A stretch of 64,000 bases of DNA from NCBI GenBank assembly GCA_047495785.1, contig JBLDXI010000001.1, positions 3,348,001-3,412,000 of the forward strand, read 5' to 3'. Both the position numbers and the translations under genes were made by a program. Under the pieces are notes generated by a model. The model did no database searches. It had not been told where the DNA came from and saw nothing but the letters and a program-made list of their open reading frames with translations. The stretch is from Lepidodermella squamata. Lineage: Eukaryota; Animalia; Gastrotricha. This document shows positions 38,664 to 51,414 of this stretch, in pieces; positions within the stretch are counted from its first letter, which is position 1, and each line of letters opens with the position of its first letter.

Positions 38664-38830
38664 TGAATTCATTACCTAAATATTTAATTTCGTACCAAAG
38701 TCATTTAATTCAGTACCAAATCATTAAATTCATTACCAAAATGCTGAATTCCTTACCAAACCTAAAATCATTGAATTTAGTACCAAATCTATTTAATTCT
38801 GTACCAAAACTCATTTAATTCAGTACCAAC
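38664..38830. repeat. About 20-bp minisatellite (ATTTAATTCAGTACCAAA-like) inserted in the LTR element
   Basis: About 8 imperfect copies visible. Confidence 0.8.
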
Positions 38831-40864
38831 ATGGGTTTAAACCAGAAATTCATTTTATTTGATCCTTCATATTCCTACATCATCAAAATCGTCGTTTTTG
38901 CTCAAAAAGATCAAATAAACTTGTCATTCGTACTCCAGCGCGGAGCCGACTCTTTTAGGCCGGCCGACTGGGTTTTTATCATTACCCCGCTCAGTTCCAC
39001 GACCACTAGTGGTAGACGAACTAGCGGTAGTGGTACTAGGCGAAGTCGCCATCATGAAACTGAGTGCATTCGATTATGCCTGGAAGTCGGCCAACAATCG
39101 TACGCATGGCCACCCTTACTCGACAAGTTTCTTCCTTCTTAAATACACCGTTCTCTCCCCCCAAGCCATTGTCGGTTGTGCAAAAAGGCGCCCAACCTTC
39201 GTACCATCCCCTTAACGTTCCGTCCTGATACATTCGTTTGAAATGCACCAAGAAGTCACCCATGTAGGGTTTCTTGGACCATTTGGCCTGAAACAGCTTG
39301 CTCGCTGTCGAATTCAACCGAATCTTTTGCAAGTTGAACCTGTTGTAGGTCCTTTTTCACCTGGCGCCAAAGACCCTTTCTTCGCAGTGCGATAATTCTG
39401 GTCTTGCAGACCTTTTGAACATGGAACCAGCGCATATACCGAGAGCACGCGGGAATTCAGCTTCGGCCGCAGCAGTGATTCCCGGGCAACCGTCGCCCAG
39501 GACGAATCTGACGATATCTTCAAGCTCTTCAGGATCTTCGCACGTTCGAACGAGCTGATAACCCTCTGTAAAAGCAATGAATCGATTAAATGCTGGCATA
39601 AGGATTATAAATTCGATTAAAAAACCTTTCAAAGCTTGAAAAGGGCCTGATAGCACTCCTTCTCCTCCCCACTAGCAATGGCAAACATTACGGTATGAAA
39701 CTTTCTCTTTTGATCTGAAACACCGGCAACCAAAAGCGGAACGTTGTCCGGATCCCGGATTATCGCATCGGTCGCATCGGTTTGCAAATTTTTTGCAAAT
39801 CTGTTCAGAAACTTTTAATCTCACAAGGCTGATGCTTTTTCAGATTTAAAATACCGCAGTTTTTTGAGCATTTTCCTGGACGAATAACAAATCGCGAAAG
39901 GCGCGGGATCTTCTTCACCAATCCAGCGCTTGACAATGAAAGCTTTGTCTTCTTCTTCTGGCCCAGGTACTTGGGAATACGGTTCGGTGATTTCCATTAG
40001 TTCGACAGAATCGGGAGTACCCACTGCTGTGACCTTCTGGCCACTGATCGTTTTTCGCCGGTAAACCAGTGCGTTGCTGAACTGTCTCCGTCGCTGGCAA
40101 CTTGCTTTCGTGCAGCTTCTCCTTCACCGTCTTGGCTGACCAGCCTTTTCTCGCTGCTTCCATGAGCAAGTTGTGTACTGCTGGCTGGAATCGGAAAGTT
40201 TCGTTCTCAGGATTAATCAGCTGGTGATCGTGTTCAATGGCTTCATTCTCGGGCACTTCGTTCTCTTCATCGCTTGAATCGTCATCGGAAGCAGAATCAT
40301 GCTGCCTGTTCTTGTTTACATAGAAAACAGCCTGTCCGGGTTCGTCGAAATCTTGAGTTCTTGGGTTCGTGGAGTAACACGATTTTCCAACGTCGCCAGC
40401 ACGGGTGATAGTTTTCCTTGTTGGCGTAGGAGCATTTCAAGAAATAGGAAGGGTGTCTTACATTGCCTAGAAGAAGAAATGTTTGAAAAATGGGGAATTT
40501 TAGAAAGTAATTCGAAATAACCTTTGGTCAAGAAGCTATTTCACCGATTTGTTCACCGATGAAATCGAGCCGATCAATGGTAGCTTCGCATCGACCATTA
40601 AATCCAACGAATTGAGCATGGAGTTCGGTGAATTTCATTATGGAGAGATTCAGGGACTTGGTAGCTTGGTAGGAAAGGCAATTGGTAGCTACTCAATAGC
40701 AAGAGATCGTATTATCATGTAAGGAGCGGATTAAAAACGAGAAGCTGTTTGCTAGGTGTTGCCTTTATTGGAACGAGAGCAAGTAACTTTCGTACAATAA
40801 TACGATCTGAAGCTAACAAAAAGCAAAAGGTCTTTATAAATGTCTATGGAATAATCTGGAACAT

Positions 40865-40914
40865 AGAAGGTTCCAGAACATGGAAGGTTCCCGAATCGTG
40901 GAATGTTCTGGAAG
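40865..40914. promoter_or_regulatory. Three tandem heat-shock elements in the LTR U3 region
   Basis: aGAAggTTCcaGAAc (40865-79), gGAAggTTCccGAAt (40882-96), gGAAtgTTCtgGAAg (40900-14), about 25 nt upstream of the LTR TATA on the minus strand. Confidence 0.65.
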
Positions 40915-42894
40915 GCTTAGTCCTGACACCTGACAGTCCTGAAGGGGCGACGGTTGCGCAATCGGGGCGGCTTTGTTTACAGAGGGCGCGCTTATTTAAA
41001 AGGAGGGCTGCGATTAAACGAGGGCGACGTTTTACATTTTGGGGCGACAGATTTTATTTATCCGCTTTCCATAATATCTCAGCGACGGATCGTAAAACAC
41101 TGAATTTACGATTTCAGGTTGAAAGATTGATCAAAAATGATCAATATAAGGAATAAAAACACCACCCGCCGGATATCCAGGCGTTGCCAAAATAGTAACA
41201 AAACCCAAAATTATAGCCCCAGCTAATTTTTGGAGAATTATGTTTATTTTTAATCATAATTTTTTAAATAATTGCAATACTGTGCATTTGATTGCAAAAA
41301 AGCATAACAATTAGCACGCGAGTGTCATATTATTTTCTATGTGAGTAGCATTATTGTTTTCGTCACTTTTATTTGCATCTAAATCGTAGTATAAGTCGCA
41401 TATACAGTATACTAAACCGCAATGTCTCTAGTGACTGGTTTTTTTACAGTAACTGCATTTTTTGTTTTTATGGCGAATTATTTTGTAAGGGAGAAAAAAA
41501 TATCGATTCCCCCAATGCGATTTCTTGAGCTAGAATGCTTCGTCAAGAAGCAAATGGAAATATACGAATATATTTTCGAATTCCTGCGGATGGGCTTTCG
41601 AAAACTCCAAGAACTGCCTTAGTGTTTATGGTTACGCTAAGTGCCAAGTCAAACGCATGTTTTCAAAGGAAAGACGCGAATACGAAGTTTTATTTGTTTG
41701 AACCTGCATAGCCAGGTTGCAGGCTGTACCCTGAATGCACTGTTTTTTTAAGAAAAATGGCAAAACTTGCAGTGATAAGGCTTAATTCCGGTAATCGTTT
41801 GTAGCCTTAGAATACCTGTTTATATTCCCATTCATGGCGTAACAAGTTACCGGAAAATTGAGCTATCGATGTAACTAGCATCGGGAAATTATATAATAAT
41901 ATGTACTCTACGAATCACGTGGCTTATTTACCGTCATAATTTATTTCAAGTCATTAATTATCAGATATTCAGAAAGTTAGTTATTTAACGCATAGTTCTT
42001 CTTATCACTCAATTCATCGGCTATATTACTTCGATTTCACTGTCCAGGCCTCCGGGGATAGTAAACTTCTTAAAACCCCATTTTCACTTGTCAAAGGTTT
42101 TCCCGAGGGGGCAATATATTTAATATTCCCAGGGGAATTCATTCCCAACGTAATTATAGCACCTATTTTCAAATTAGCAAAAAAATGCACCAAGGGTGCA
42201 TTAAGGTGGGGGCTGTGATCGAAAAGTTCGATGACAGCCCCAATCACATACAGCGTGTCTCGGAAGTCGCGCAACCGACCGGGATTGTGAAAAAGGAATT
42301 AGTTCCCGAGTAAGCTAATTCCTGAGTAGTTCTTGAGTAATGAATTCTTGAGTAAGCTTATCAATTGTTGCAATATCCAACGAGGAAAGTTATTCATCTC
42401 AACATCGAAAACTTTGTGTCACTAAATAACGTTAATGCTCTCAAGCGAAATATACGAATGGAGTTTAGTGACTTCGATTGAAGTTTGAAAATGTAAATGG
42501 TACGGTTGCGCAACATTATGAGACACGCTTAGACGATTTGCCGACAGCTGAGAAGCGCTTCGTTTTAGTGAACTTAACTTTAAGTTCAACTAGTAAAATC
42601 GTTGCGGTAACCAGCTGTCAGCCGACTCTAACAATCAATTTCCAAGCGGCAGATATTCAATAGCTTAAATAGAATCTCACATATTACTTATGTATAATGA
42701 AAATTAAACTGTTTGTTCGCTGAATTAAACTGAATTGCAGATGAAACTATGAAACTGTGCTATTGGATCTAAACGACTTTTTAAGAGTAAAATTATCGCG
42801 ACGAAAAAATAATGCCATGGGAAAACAATGCTTTATTTTGCTCATTCGATTGTTTTTTTAACACATGTAGGCCATGCTTATATCAACGAAGACC

Positions 42895-43061
42895 AGCGGA
42901 CTTTTTAGGGTCGTCGCCAAGGTGGTCTACGCAGATCACCTGGGGCTGGTTCATCTTCAGCATGATGCATGTTTCGATTTTTCTATTTTTGAAATGTGCT
43001 TCTCGAGCGTTCCGCTGACAAAGTTTATTGCAAGCCTTAGCGGACTTTTTAGGGTCGTCGC
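42895..43061. repeat. Direct repeat AGCGGACTTTTTAGGGTCGTCGC, two copies about 143 nt apart
   Basis: Identical 23-mer followed by weaker similarity (..CTGGGGCT / CCGGGGCT). Confidence 0.7.
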
Positions 43062-43853
43062 TCAACTGCTCAAATCAGAACAGCCGGGGCTAAGAGTGCT
43101 TGCTGCATAAAACTTTGTACAGAAAAGTTTGCGAAAAGACAAAATAAAGCTAGCTTTGGCAGCGAATATTGTTATTAATCCTCAACGGCACTATCTTCTA
43201 AAGTCACGAACATTTATCTGTGCAATATCTGAAATATGAAGGCGATCATCAATAGTCAGTTTAATAGAGACATTTGCTATTCAAGCTATTCAGCTAATTT
43301 TTTGAACAATTTTGTCAATGTCGATCTTAGATGGTTAAAGGCACCTCAGCAAGGGTGAACAGTAGTTATAAGTAATATCAACAGATCCTGAATAATTATG
43401 CCAAGGAATCTACCGCTTGTCTATGATTTCAGATAAACTAAAAAATATATATGTAGGACGATGATGGCTAAGACACCGCCATCGGTTCGACTGTATTCCC
43501 AATCCCAATTTACATATTTACATGTTTCTATCCCCGCGCATTTTTTATTCCCAAACTGCCAAGAAACTGCCACAATGGCCTATTTTCCAATAAAAATGGA
43601 TCTATTTGCATACTATTTGCGAAAATTGTCGAGGCCACAAAGCTGATATGCCGTGATGACTAATATTCAAGCCTGCCAATAACCGCTTTTCAACCATAAC
43701 ATGTGCCAATAATGTGTGATGGTAATTAACTAATTAATTGAAGAAAGAATAGAATAGAAATAACTGGCGTAAAACTACACATGAAAATATGGTCCGAAAT
43801 CAGGGGAGCTCCCCTTAATTTATCGTTATTTCAGTGTTTTGATTTAGCGTTTA

Positions 43854-44748
43854 CCGGGGAGAGGTACAATTTTGACAAGTACAAGTTCAACAACTTTTTT
43901 CTACCTAATGGCCTACCTGCGGTTGACTTCCTAAAATTCTGGAAAAATGTCTAACAAATCCCTTGGCTCCTGTAGAATAAGGGTATCGATTTTGTTTTCC
44001 CGAATTTGATTCCATTATTGACTGCTGATTTTCGGAATCGAACCCTCGAAAAAACCTAAAATCACCTATCTGGATCTCTTCACCTGGGCGGTTTTAGATT
44101 AAATTTTTTATACCAATATAAAGCTGGCGTTTAGCTGGTAATAATTGAGGTGAGAGCAGTAAATTCTAAAGAGCCAGTTCCAGGTAAATTACCTGCAAAG
44201 TAGCGATTTTGAAGGTACAATATTGACAACTCGTCAGTACAATTTTGACAGCAGGTACAACTCAAAAAACTACCTTGAAAGACTTCTTAATCGATGTTTA
44301 AATGGTACTTCGATGAGGCCTGTCTCATGTAGATAATTCTAGAATTTGTTCCCAAATTCTAGCACCGTCCGTTTATTTTTGGTGAAGTTACAAAGCAACA
44401 TCTTAAAAACAGCGTTTTAACACAACAAATTCTAACATCAAATAATTTCGTTTTAATTTTCACCGCGCAAACGATGAATCACTGCTGACGCTAGATGATC
44501 AAGTTGAAAAAGTGGCATTACCATAGCGTTGTCAAAGTTGTACCAGCTTGTCAACATTGTACCTTTCGTTCGGGCCATTTTTCTCAAGTGAATTACCTGG
44601 ATCAGGCCGTGGTAAAATTACAACAATTACGCCCAGGACAAGGGGGTTCTAACGGTGTAAAAATTTGGAAAGAATTCACCTCAATTGATTTTCTGGAATT
44701 TTTTAAAAATTTGTACCTTTTTGTTGTCAAAATTGTACCGTTCCCCGG
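43854..44748. mobile_element. TA-flanked MITE (Tc1/mariner-pogo type), 895 bp
   Basis: TA|CCGGGGAGAGGTACAATTTTGACAA ... TTGTCAAAATTGTACCGTTCCCCGG|TA, with internal repeats of GTACAATTTTGACA. A related solo end lies at 46415-46437. Confidence 0.85.
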
Positions 44749-45245
44749 TAACTTCTCCAGAGTTGCGTTTTTTATTGAAACCGAGGTGCCATTGATCAGC
44801 GTTGTGGTCAATTTTTCGGCGAGCTTCGCAACAGAGAAAGCATAATCGGCACGTCTATCATGAACTGACCGGCTCGGATGGCCGGTCAAGGTCGATCAGA
44901 AAAGACAAATCCCCGCGTGGATTAAGAACATTCGGCCGCGGCTAAATCGCGACATGGCTGTAATTAATTTACGTAACATGTGACCCTCGTTAATTTCTGA
45001 CCCCATGCCTTAAGAGCTAATTTCAGCAAAACTACGCAGAAAAGCATTTTTAATTTTCTCCGCAATGATCGAACATGAAATCGATTTTAAAAAAAATCGA
45101 TAAATTTGGCAAAATTTATGAAAATCCAAAGCGTTTTAGGCGATTTCTGACCATTAATTTGAATCCAAACTTGCCGACAAGTTCGAATGGGTTGTAAGAC
45201 AGTTCAGCAGATCTTGGTTCAGCAACGTCAGTTCAGCAGTGATAT

Positions 45246-45930
45246 TTGAGCAGGAGACACTTCAGACCTACCTGCGGATCAGGTAGGCTCAGGCTAGAGG
45301 CCAGGGTCGGTGAACATGAGATGTTCAAGCTCGAGCCAACGCTGACGGACAGGAGCGTCGGCAGCTGTAGGGGTACATCGGAGCCCCAACTTAGTGGAAC
45401 CATCGAATCCACAAAATCGCTATTGGCTGGACTACAATTTGTTGAAGGACGCGATTGATTAGATTTTCGAGAATCTTGGCGTGTTATTTCTTGAACAGAA
45501 AGAAAATCCTGAATTTCCCGGGTTTGATTCGCGGTGGCCGAGCATCGTTTTTTCTGAGATTTCTTTTACTTTTCAAGAAATAACATGCCAAGATGCTGGA
45601 AAATCTAATCAATCGCGTCCTTCAACAAATTGTAGTCCAGCCAATAGCGATTTTGTGGATTTGATGGTTCCACTAAGAAAGTGAGTACGCTTGAGTGCAA
45701 TGCGCTTGAGGTTCCGGCTTTCTCCTCATTCCAAGGACAAAAAGCACTCGCCTACAGAGGTGCTGTTCTATTTAACCTTCTGCCACAATAAGAGGCTCAA
45801 AACGCGCAAACTGCCCATGCCTGTCGGCAAGCCACCTACAAGTTCTTACTGACGAGCGGGCCCTTCGAATTCAGCAACAAATAGACCACGGGACATTGAA
45901 ATGGAACTGAAATAATAGGACGAGATTCTG
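45246..45930 (+). mobile_element. Decayed CR1/L2-type LINE 3' fragment interrupted by a MITE
   Basis: 45735-45785 encodes GQKALAYRGAVLFNLLP, resembling the G-x-x-x-F-x-Y-R-G-x-x-x-W-N-x-L-P motif at the C-terminus of CR1/L2 ORF2. Stops are present and boundaries are approximate. Confidence 0.6.
45390..45677. mobile_element. Foldback MITE, family A copy 2 (complete, 288 bp)
   Basis: CTTAGTGGAACCATCGAATCC...GGATTTGATGGTTCCACTAAG, near-perfect inverted arms of about 105 nt, AA on both flanks. Confidence 0.9.
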
Positions 45931-46005
45931 AACGGACAATTGTGATATGCCCATTTTTTTTCTTCAACTTTGCTCGAGCTTTTCCTCACTGCATTCAGAC
46001 TCGCT

Positions 46006-46412
46006 AAATAATAATAATAATAATAATAATAATAGTGAGCAACTCGTCGGCGAGTTACAATAGGGGTGTAGAATTGAGCCGTCAGGTAGGGTCAGCGGAC
46101 CGGTCGAGCGAGGCGGCTGGTGCCGGTCGAGCTTTCGCAGACGCACCCAGAACGTAAAGGCAGCGGACTTCGACGAGGGCAGCGTTGATTGCGCGGCGGT
46201 ACAAGCGAAGGATCGGTTCGCCAAGCTTAGGGGTCAGGATCGCACCGAGAAGGTGCCACAGTGTACGCTGGTGGCCCTTGCGATCGGCCCAACGCTCAAC
46301 GCCAAGCAGCGATATCTCAAAGCGTGTGGAATTGCTGAAGTGATCACTCTCCAGCCGATCGCCGATGGTGACAGATCCACTGAGCAGCTGCCGGGCAGCA
46401 TCCTTTACCATC
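46006..46412 (-). mobile_element. GC-rich ORF end, short 3' UTR and (TAT)n tail: probable non-LTR retrotransposon 3' end
   Basis: Open frame ends at 46082; about 50 nt later a (TAA)n run at 46006-46033 (+ strand). Cut on its 5' side by a MITE terminus. No diagnostic motif recognised. Confidence 0.45.
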
Positions 46413-46979
46413 CGGTCAAAATTGTACCCTCCCCCGGTAAGTCTCATGCGAGAACCCAGTCACAGACTTCACCCGCCGCATTTGGTTGGTGAATATTTGC
46501 TTATGTATTGGTATGATAAATTCACCCTTTCTCATTTGACCGTGATCTGCTTAGCGGGAGCCGTCAGATCGATCAAAAACGGCAATTCATTATCCGACTC
46601 CCATTGGGCGGAACTGATGGCAAGAATATTAATAATAGAAATATTGTGAATCTGTATAAATAATAAATAAAAAACACTGTTAAAATTAAATCCAGGTTTG
46701 AATGACCACGGAAGCGATTCTGTTATTACAACCTGCATCATTCGATAAATCATTTCGAGAGGAGTATAATGATATAAAATTCGGGCCATATTCGGTCTTC
46801 AGATTTTATTGTATCGATAATAATAACATAGCGGCCCCTTTCAAACGCAACGTGACGCTGTTGTGATTTATATACTTTAAGTCCTGATACTGAAATGAAC
46901 CTGATTGAATACATTTTATTTTTGCGCGTCAAAGAGGAAAATAAGAAAATAAAAACTCCGTATTTATTATTTATTTATT

Positions 46980-47339
46980 ATACTCCGTATTAGACTCCCA
47001 TGCGATTTTCCCATTTGTGACCTCAGGCACTTTGCCACAGCCAAGCTTCTCCTCTTTGACGCATTTGACACTTTGACACCTGATTGAATACATACTGCTG
47101 GGATGCTGTTTTGTTTTATTACACTACTGTTTCGATTTTTACTATTACCTATCATTATTATATATACACATTGATGTGTATTTCTGATCCTAATTCTACA
47201 ACTTTGTTTCTTCTACAACACTTTTCCTGCCCTAAATGTGATTCTGTCCTGCAATTATATGTCGTTTTCCGTGTATACTTTGTCAAGCTTCCCTCTCTTC
47301 TCTCTTGGGTGTAATAGCTTCTAAATAAATAAATAAATA
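46980..47339 (+). mobile_element. Retroelement 3' UTR with (TAAA)n tail
   Basis: End ttgtcaagcttccctctcttctctcttgggtgtaatagcttc(TAAA)n is homologous to the minus-strand end at 49541-49610, ttgtcaagctgccctcttctgggcgttaaagctta(TAAA)n. Confidence 0.6.
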
Positions 47340-47757
47340 CCCTTGCTGATTTGTATTAAAAACTATTCGATTATCACAAAAAGCCCTAAAACGACATCAT
47401 TATGACTTGAAAATTTCTTCTGATAATCTGCGGCTTTTTAGCGTTTTCGTGCATAGTGCATAGCCTTCGACATTGCACACATTTGTCAAAATATTCCAAG
47501 TTTGAAGAACCATGAGACATGCGAGGTTCCCAACATCGCAAAAAGTCAATATATCGATTCCATACAGCTCATAACGCAGACCCCACGGTTCATTCAGTTC
47601 CGCTTACTTTTATTTCCTACCACGGCAATAAATGGTAGGTAGGTACGAGATTGCAAACATCAAGTTTATAATTTAAAAATTTGAATCATTCGTTAAATCT
47701 TCAACGCCGCGTCCACCTGAGCTCCGAAAATTCGGGGGCGTTAGTTCCAGCTCAATC

Positions 47758-48415
47758 ATGCAATCAACAACCTGCCAGATTTTTGCGGCACTCGTGTTCG
47801 CGGTGAGCTTTGGAGTAGTGGCATCTGACGTCTGCTTCTATAATTCGGCATTTGACAACGCGGGTCTCACATGCAAATCAGAAAATCCGATTTTCAGCTC
47901 CAAGAGGAAAATAGAATGCAACTGGACGGCTGACACAGTTAAAAATTCGGATGTCTCTTACACGATCTCAATCACGCATCAGGAGTGTCAGGAAAGAACA
48001 CCCTGCGGGCGAAATTGCATGAAATGTGCACTGTTTGCCAACTCCTACGATGTCGCCAGTGAAACAGTAAATAGAAACTACTACAAGTATGATGGATCAT
48101 CAGAATTTTACCAAGTAAGCATTTGCTTTCATGAAATCAATTATGGTTTTTCAATTCATCTTCTATTTTCAGGTTACAGTAACTCGAATCTGCGGGAATA
48201 TCACGCAAGTGATAACATCAAAAGCGGATGCAGGCCTGACCTCACTTGAAGGACTCATATTTTTACTTATTATTGGATTCATTCTGCTCTGCTGTTTCAC
48301 GAAGGCATGCTGCTGCAGACCAACAAATCCGGTTCCTAGGACTCCATTCGGGCAGCAGCAGATGTATTATGGCGTTTTCAACCCAGCTCCGCAGCAGTAC
48401 ATACCTCTGAGATGA
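47758..48415 (+). CDS. Unrecognised type I membrane protein, paralog 2 (199 aa)
   Basis: Exons 47758-48114 and 48173-48415. Same intron position and Cys pattern as paralog 1; tail YYGVFNPAPQQYIPLR*. Confidence 0.85.
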
Positions 48416-49540
48416 CAATCAGCGGTTTAACTCGGTCTTGCTGAGGATACGGAGACAAATGAATTTCAAGTGAACTACCTCTCTGGAACCCCTTTGTTCG
48501 CTGGGCTCTACCAAACTCGCTCGGGGTTTCAGATCACGGGAAATGTCATTTACTATATGACTATAGAATAATTCCTTATTTCCTATGAAGCTTTCAAAGA
48601 TTTGATTTTAATTTTCTTTTGCAACCATAAAGCTAGTTTTAAGACTTGAACCTTGAACTAGCTCTATGGTTGTAACCAGTTGTCTTCATAATACATTTTC
48701 GGTTTTCAATGGAGGCGTTTTAGAGTAATCCGAGCGCAGAACTCTTTGAATAAATATTTGCTTAGGATGGAGACAAGTTGAAGAAGGTGCGGTGAATTTT
48801 TTGCTTATATTACCTTCCGAAGATCATTAGCAAAAGCTGCAAAAGTACATTATTACTATCAACTATCAACCTCACGTGATATTCAGTAAAAATGTATTAT
48901 GAAATCATCCCGCATCAATCTGGTTTCTATTAAAAATTATTTACCAGGCTCCGGCCTGCCAATATTCGCTCACGTCCAGACCATATCCCAAACCAAGTAG
49001 TGTTGGTACCATACTTTTCACAACGTCCTGCTTTAATAACGATTTTATGATCAAATGGGTTTTCGGCTGCAAAAATTATACGTGACAGTAGAATATTAGA
49101 TGGCTATGAGTTGGTTACAAGTACTTGTCGTTTTTAGAACATTTCCCTGCTTTCTGTAGTATTTGAGCTTACTGTATCATTCAATTTTATCCCCGCTCTG
49201 GTAATCTCTCCTAAAAAGGCGCTTTCCATCTCAATTCCATGGCCTGAGCACACGTCTTTCATTTCATTTTAAGCGAAGTGGTTGCATCTGAAGTAATTTC
49301 TCGGGGAAGCGATGTGCTTCCGATCTCGGGGGACGACGCTCTGCATTTGAGATTGCTGGTTGGTGATTTGGGCCACGGCGCACGGGTTGCTGCTTAAATC
49401 GAACGAACAAATTCCAATAGTGAACGTACTAGGGCTTACTCATGACTCATGACTCAGTGTTTTGCGTGGTGTTGAAAGCAAACGTTCTAATTTTTATGAA
49501 AATGTCATTGATGATTTTGTCGCATTATATGCATAGAAGG

Positions 49541-50040
49541 TTTATTATTTATTTATTTATTTATTTATTTATAAGCTTTAACGCCCAGAAGAGGGCAGCT
49601 TGACAAGAGGTAATTTGAAAGTGAAACATGTAATTGCAGGACAGTTTACAGATGAATAGGACATTGGCAAATGATAACAAAAATTGCTTTTTACTAGTGC
49701 AGATAGTGTAGTAGTGATGTAACAACAATCATCTGTCTGAGTGTACATATGGGTAGTGCGTAAGTATTGAATGGAAAAGCTGTATAGAACTTAGTTCATT
49801 ATTCATTCCAGCTAAAAATTTGTTTAATGAAAATTGCAATGTTTGCTATGAACATCACGCGAAAATAATAGGTTATTTTTCCATGTCAGTGGTAGTCCAT
49901 CTTTAAGTTCCGTAGAACTGGGGAATCAACATAAGAGTTTGAACGTTTTCTCTCCTCAATCGAACGCACCATAGAATTCTTCTATTTTCTCTTCTTGGGG
50001 GATTTTATTCAGAATGTCTTTTATCGGGAAAAAATTTGAC
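49541..50040 (-). mobile_element. Retroelement 3' fragment with (TAAA)n tail, related to 46980-47339
   Basis: (TTTA)n at 49541-49572 plus the conserved terminal 35 nt. The far boundary is approximate. Confidence 0.55.
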
Positions 50041-50604
50041 TGTAGCGGAACGCGGAACCAAACCTCATTTTAGATAAGCCAAAGGTTGCTTTTCCAATAT
50101 TTCTACAAAGTTAAGGCAATGTATGAATTATATAGTGAAGAGCCCGTCTTTTACAGAAATTTACACTGAAATTTAAAGATTTTTTATTTGAAATTAGGCT
50201 AAATTAGGCTGTTCAATCATGAAATCTTTGCATGCTTCGAAAAGGTGTTTTAGGCCCAAAGATTTGGTTCCGCTAAGAGTAAGACCCCTTTTTCATCCCT
50301 GGGTTGGGGCGGCTTACGCCTATCTTAGGTATCCTTATTCACCAGCTGAAATGACAACGTATATTCGTTTTAATAGGTGATCGTTAAACGCTGAAAAATA
50401 ATGTAATTCGGCAATACAAAACATTTTTTCTCACACAGACACCAAGTTTCTTGGCTTCCTCTTTAAAAAATGTTCACATTCAATTCAATTTCTGGGTATG
50501 AAAAGGTTACCAAAGAAGCTATAAATTAGCTTGAAGGTCCTGCTTCAGCCCTGCAACAAATTAATTTTGCTTATGCAATTCTTCAGAAAATCTGCGTTTT
50601 AATT

Positions 50605-51339
50605 ATGCAACTATTTCTTTGGGAAAACGTTGCACTCCTACTTTTCGGGCTTGGTCTTGTAACAATTCACGGCCAAGATTGCAGCTTATCTTCAGCCTTT
50701 GATGCTGACGGAGGTCTTTCTTGCAAATCCGAAAACCCTATTTTTAGTATTACAAGAAAGGTGGAATGTAGTTGGACCGACGATGCCGTGAAGAGTCCGA
50801 AAGTAATATACAAGGTATCAGTCTCGCACCAGGTTTGCACAAAGCAACGTGTCTGCGGGAAGCACTGCCGCGAATGCGTATCTTCTAATACCGCTTACGA
50901 TGTCTCGAACGAGACAATTCAAGGCAATTATTACAAATACGATGGTTCAGCGCAGGTATATCAGGTGAGATTTCAATGAGAAATAATTTTGTTATAACTG
51001 GGTGGTCCCGTGCTTTCCTAGGTAACTGTTCTTAGAGTATGCGATAATTTCACGTCATCAGCAACGGACGAAGTCAACGCCGGGTTAACCGCCGCTGAAG
51101 GAGGAATAATCGCGGCAATAGTTATTGTGTTCATTCTCCTCATTATCACTCCTGTAATCATTTGTTGCTGCAAGAAAGTCTGCTGCTTCGCCCCAAAGAA
51201 AACTTTTCCAGTGATCCCATTCGTGCAACAACATATATACGGCGGAGTGTACAATCCTGCAAATCAGGGCGCGGTTATAGCAACAACAGCCAATCAAAAC
51301 TCTGTCTCACCCGTTGAAAAAACAATATCGAAAGAATGA
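50605..51339 (+). CDS. Unrecognised type I membrane protein, paralog 3 (225 aa, more divergent)
   Basis: Exons 50605-50964 and 51022-51339. Conserved SAFD..GL.CKSENPIFS..RK.EC.WT.DAV, YDV.NET...YYKYDGS, VTV.R.C, AGLT..EG, CCCKKVCC, PFVQQHIYGGVYNP. AATAAA at about 51385. Confidence 0.85.
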
Positions 51340-51414
51340 GAGGCAGGATGCTAATCGTAGTTTTTGTTGTAAACGTGACTTTTTAATAAATATCTCCTTA
51401 TATTTAATTAATTA

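Larger units (their letters stand above)
38409..40928 (-). mobile_element. Decayed LTR retrotransposon (probably Gypsy/Ty3-like)
   Basis: 5' LTR 40928 to about 40718 (TGTCAGGACTAAGCCTTCC...TTACA, with TATAAA and AATAAA). Truncated 3' LTR 38442-38409 matches 33 of 34 nt and is directly preceded by the polypurine tract GAGGGAGGGTAG. Internal frameshifted ORF fragments include an integrase-like TTDNG motif. No intact PBS seen. Confidence 0.75.

Noticed and set aside
45845-45880. Hammerhead ribozyme core (CTGACGA...)
   Set aside because: No correctly placed GAAA or closing stems.
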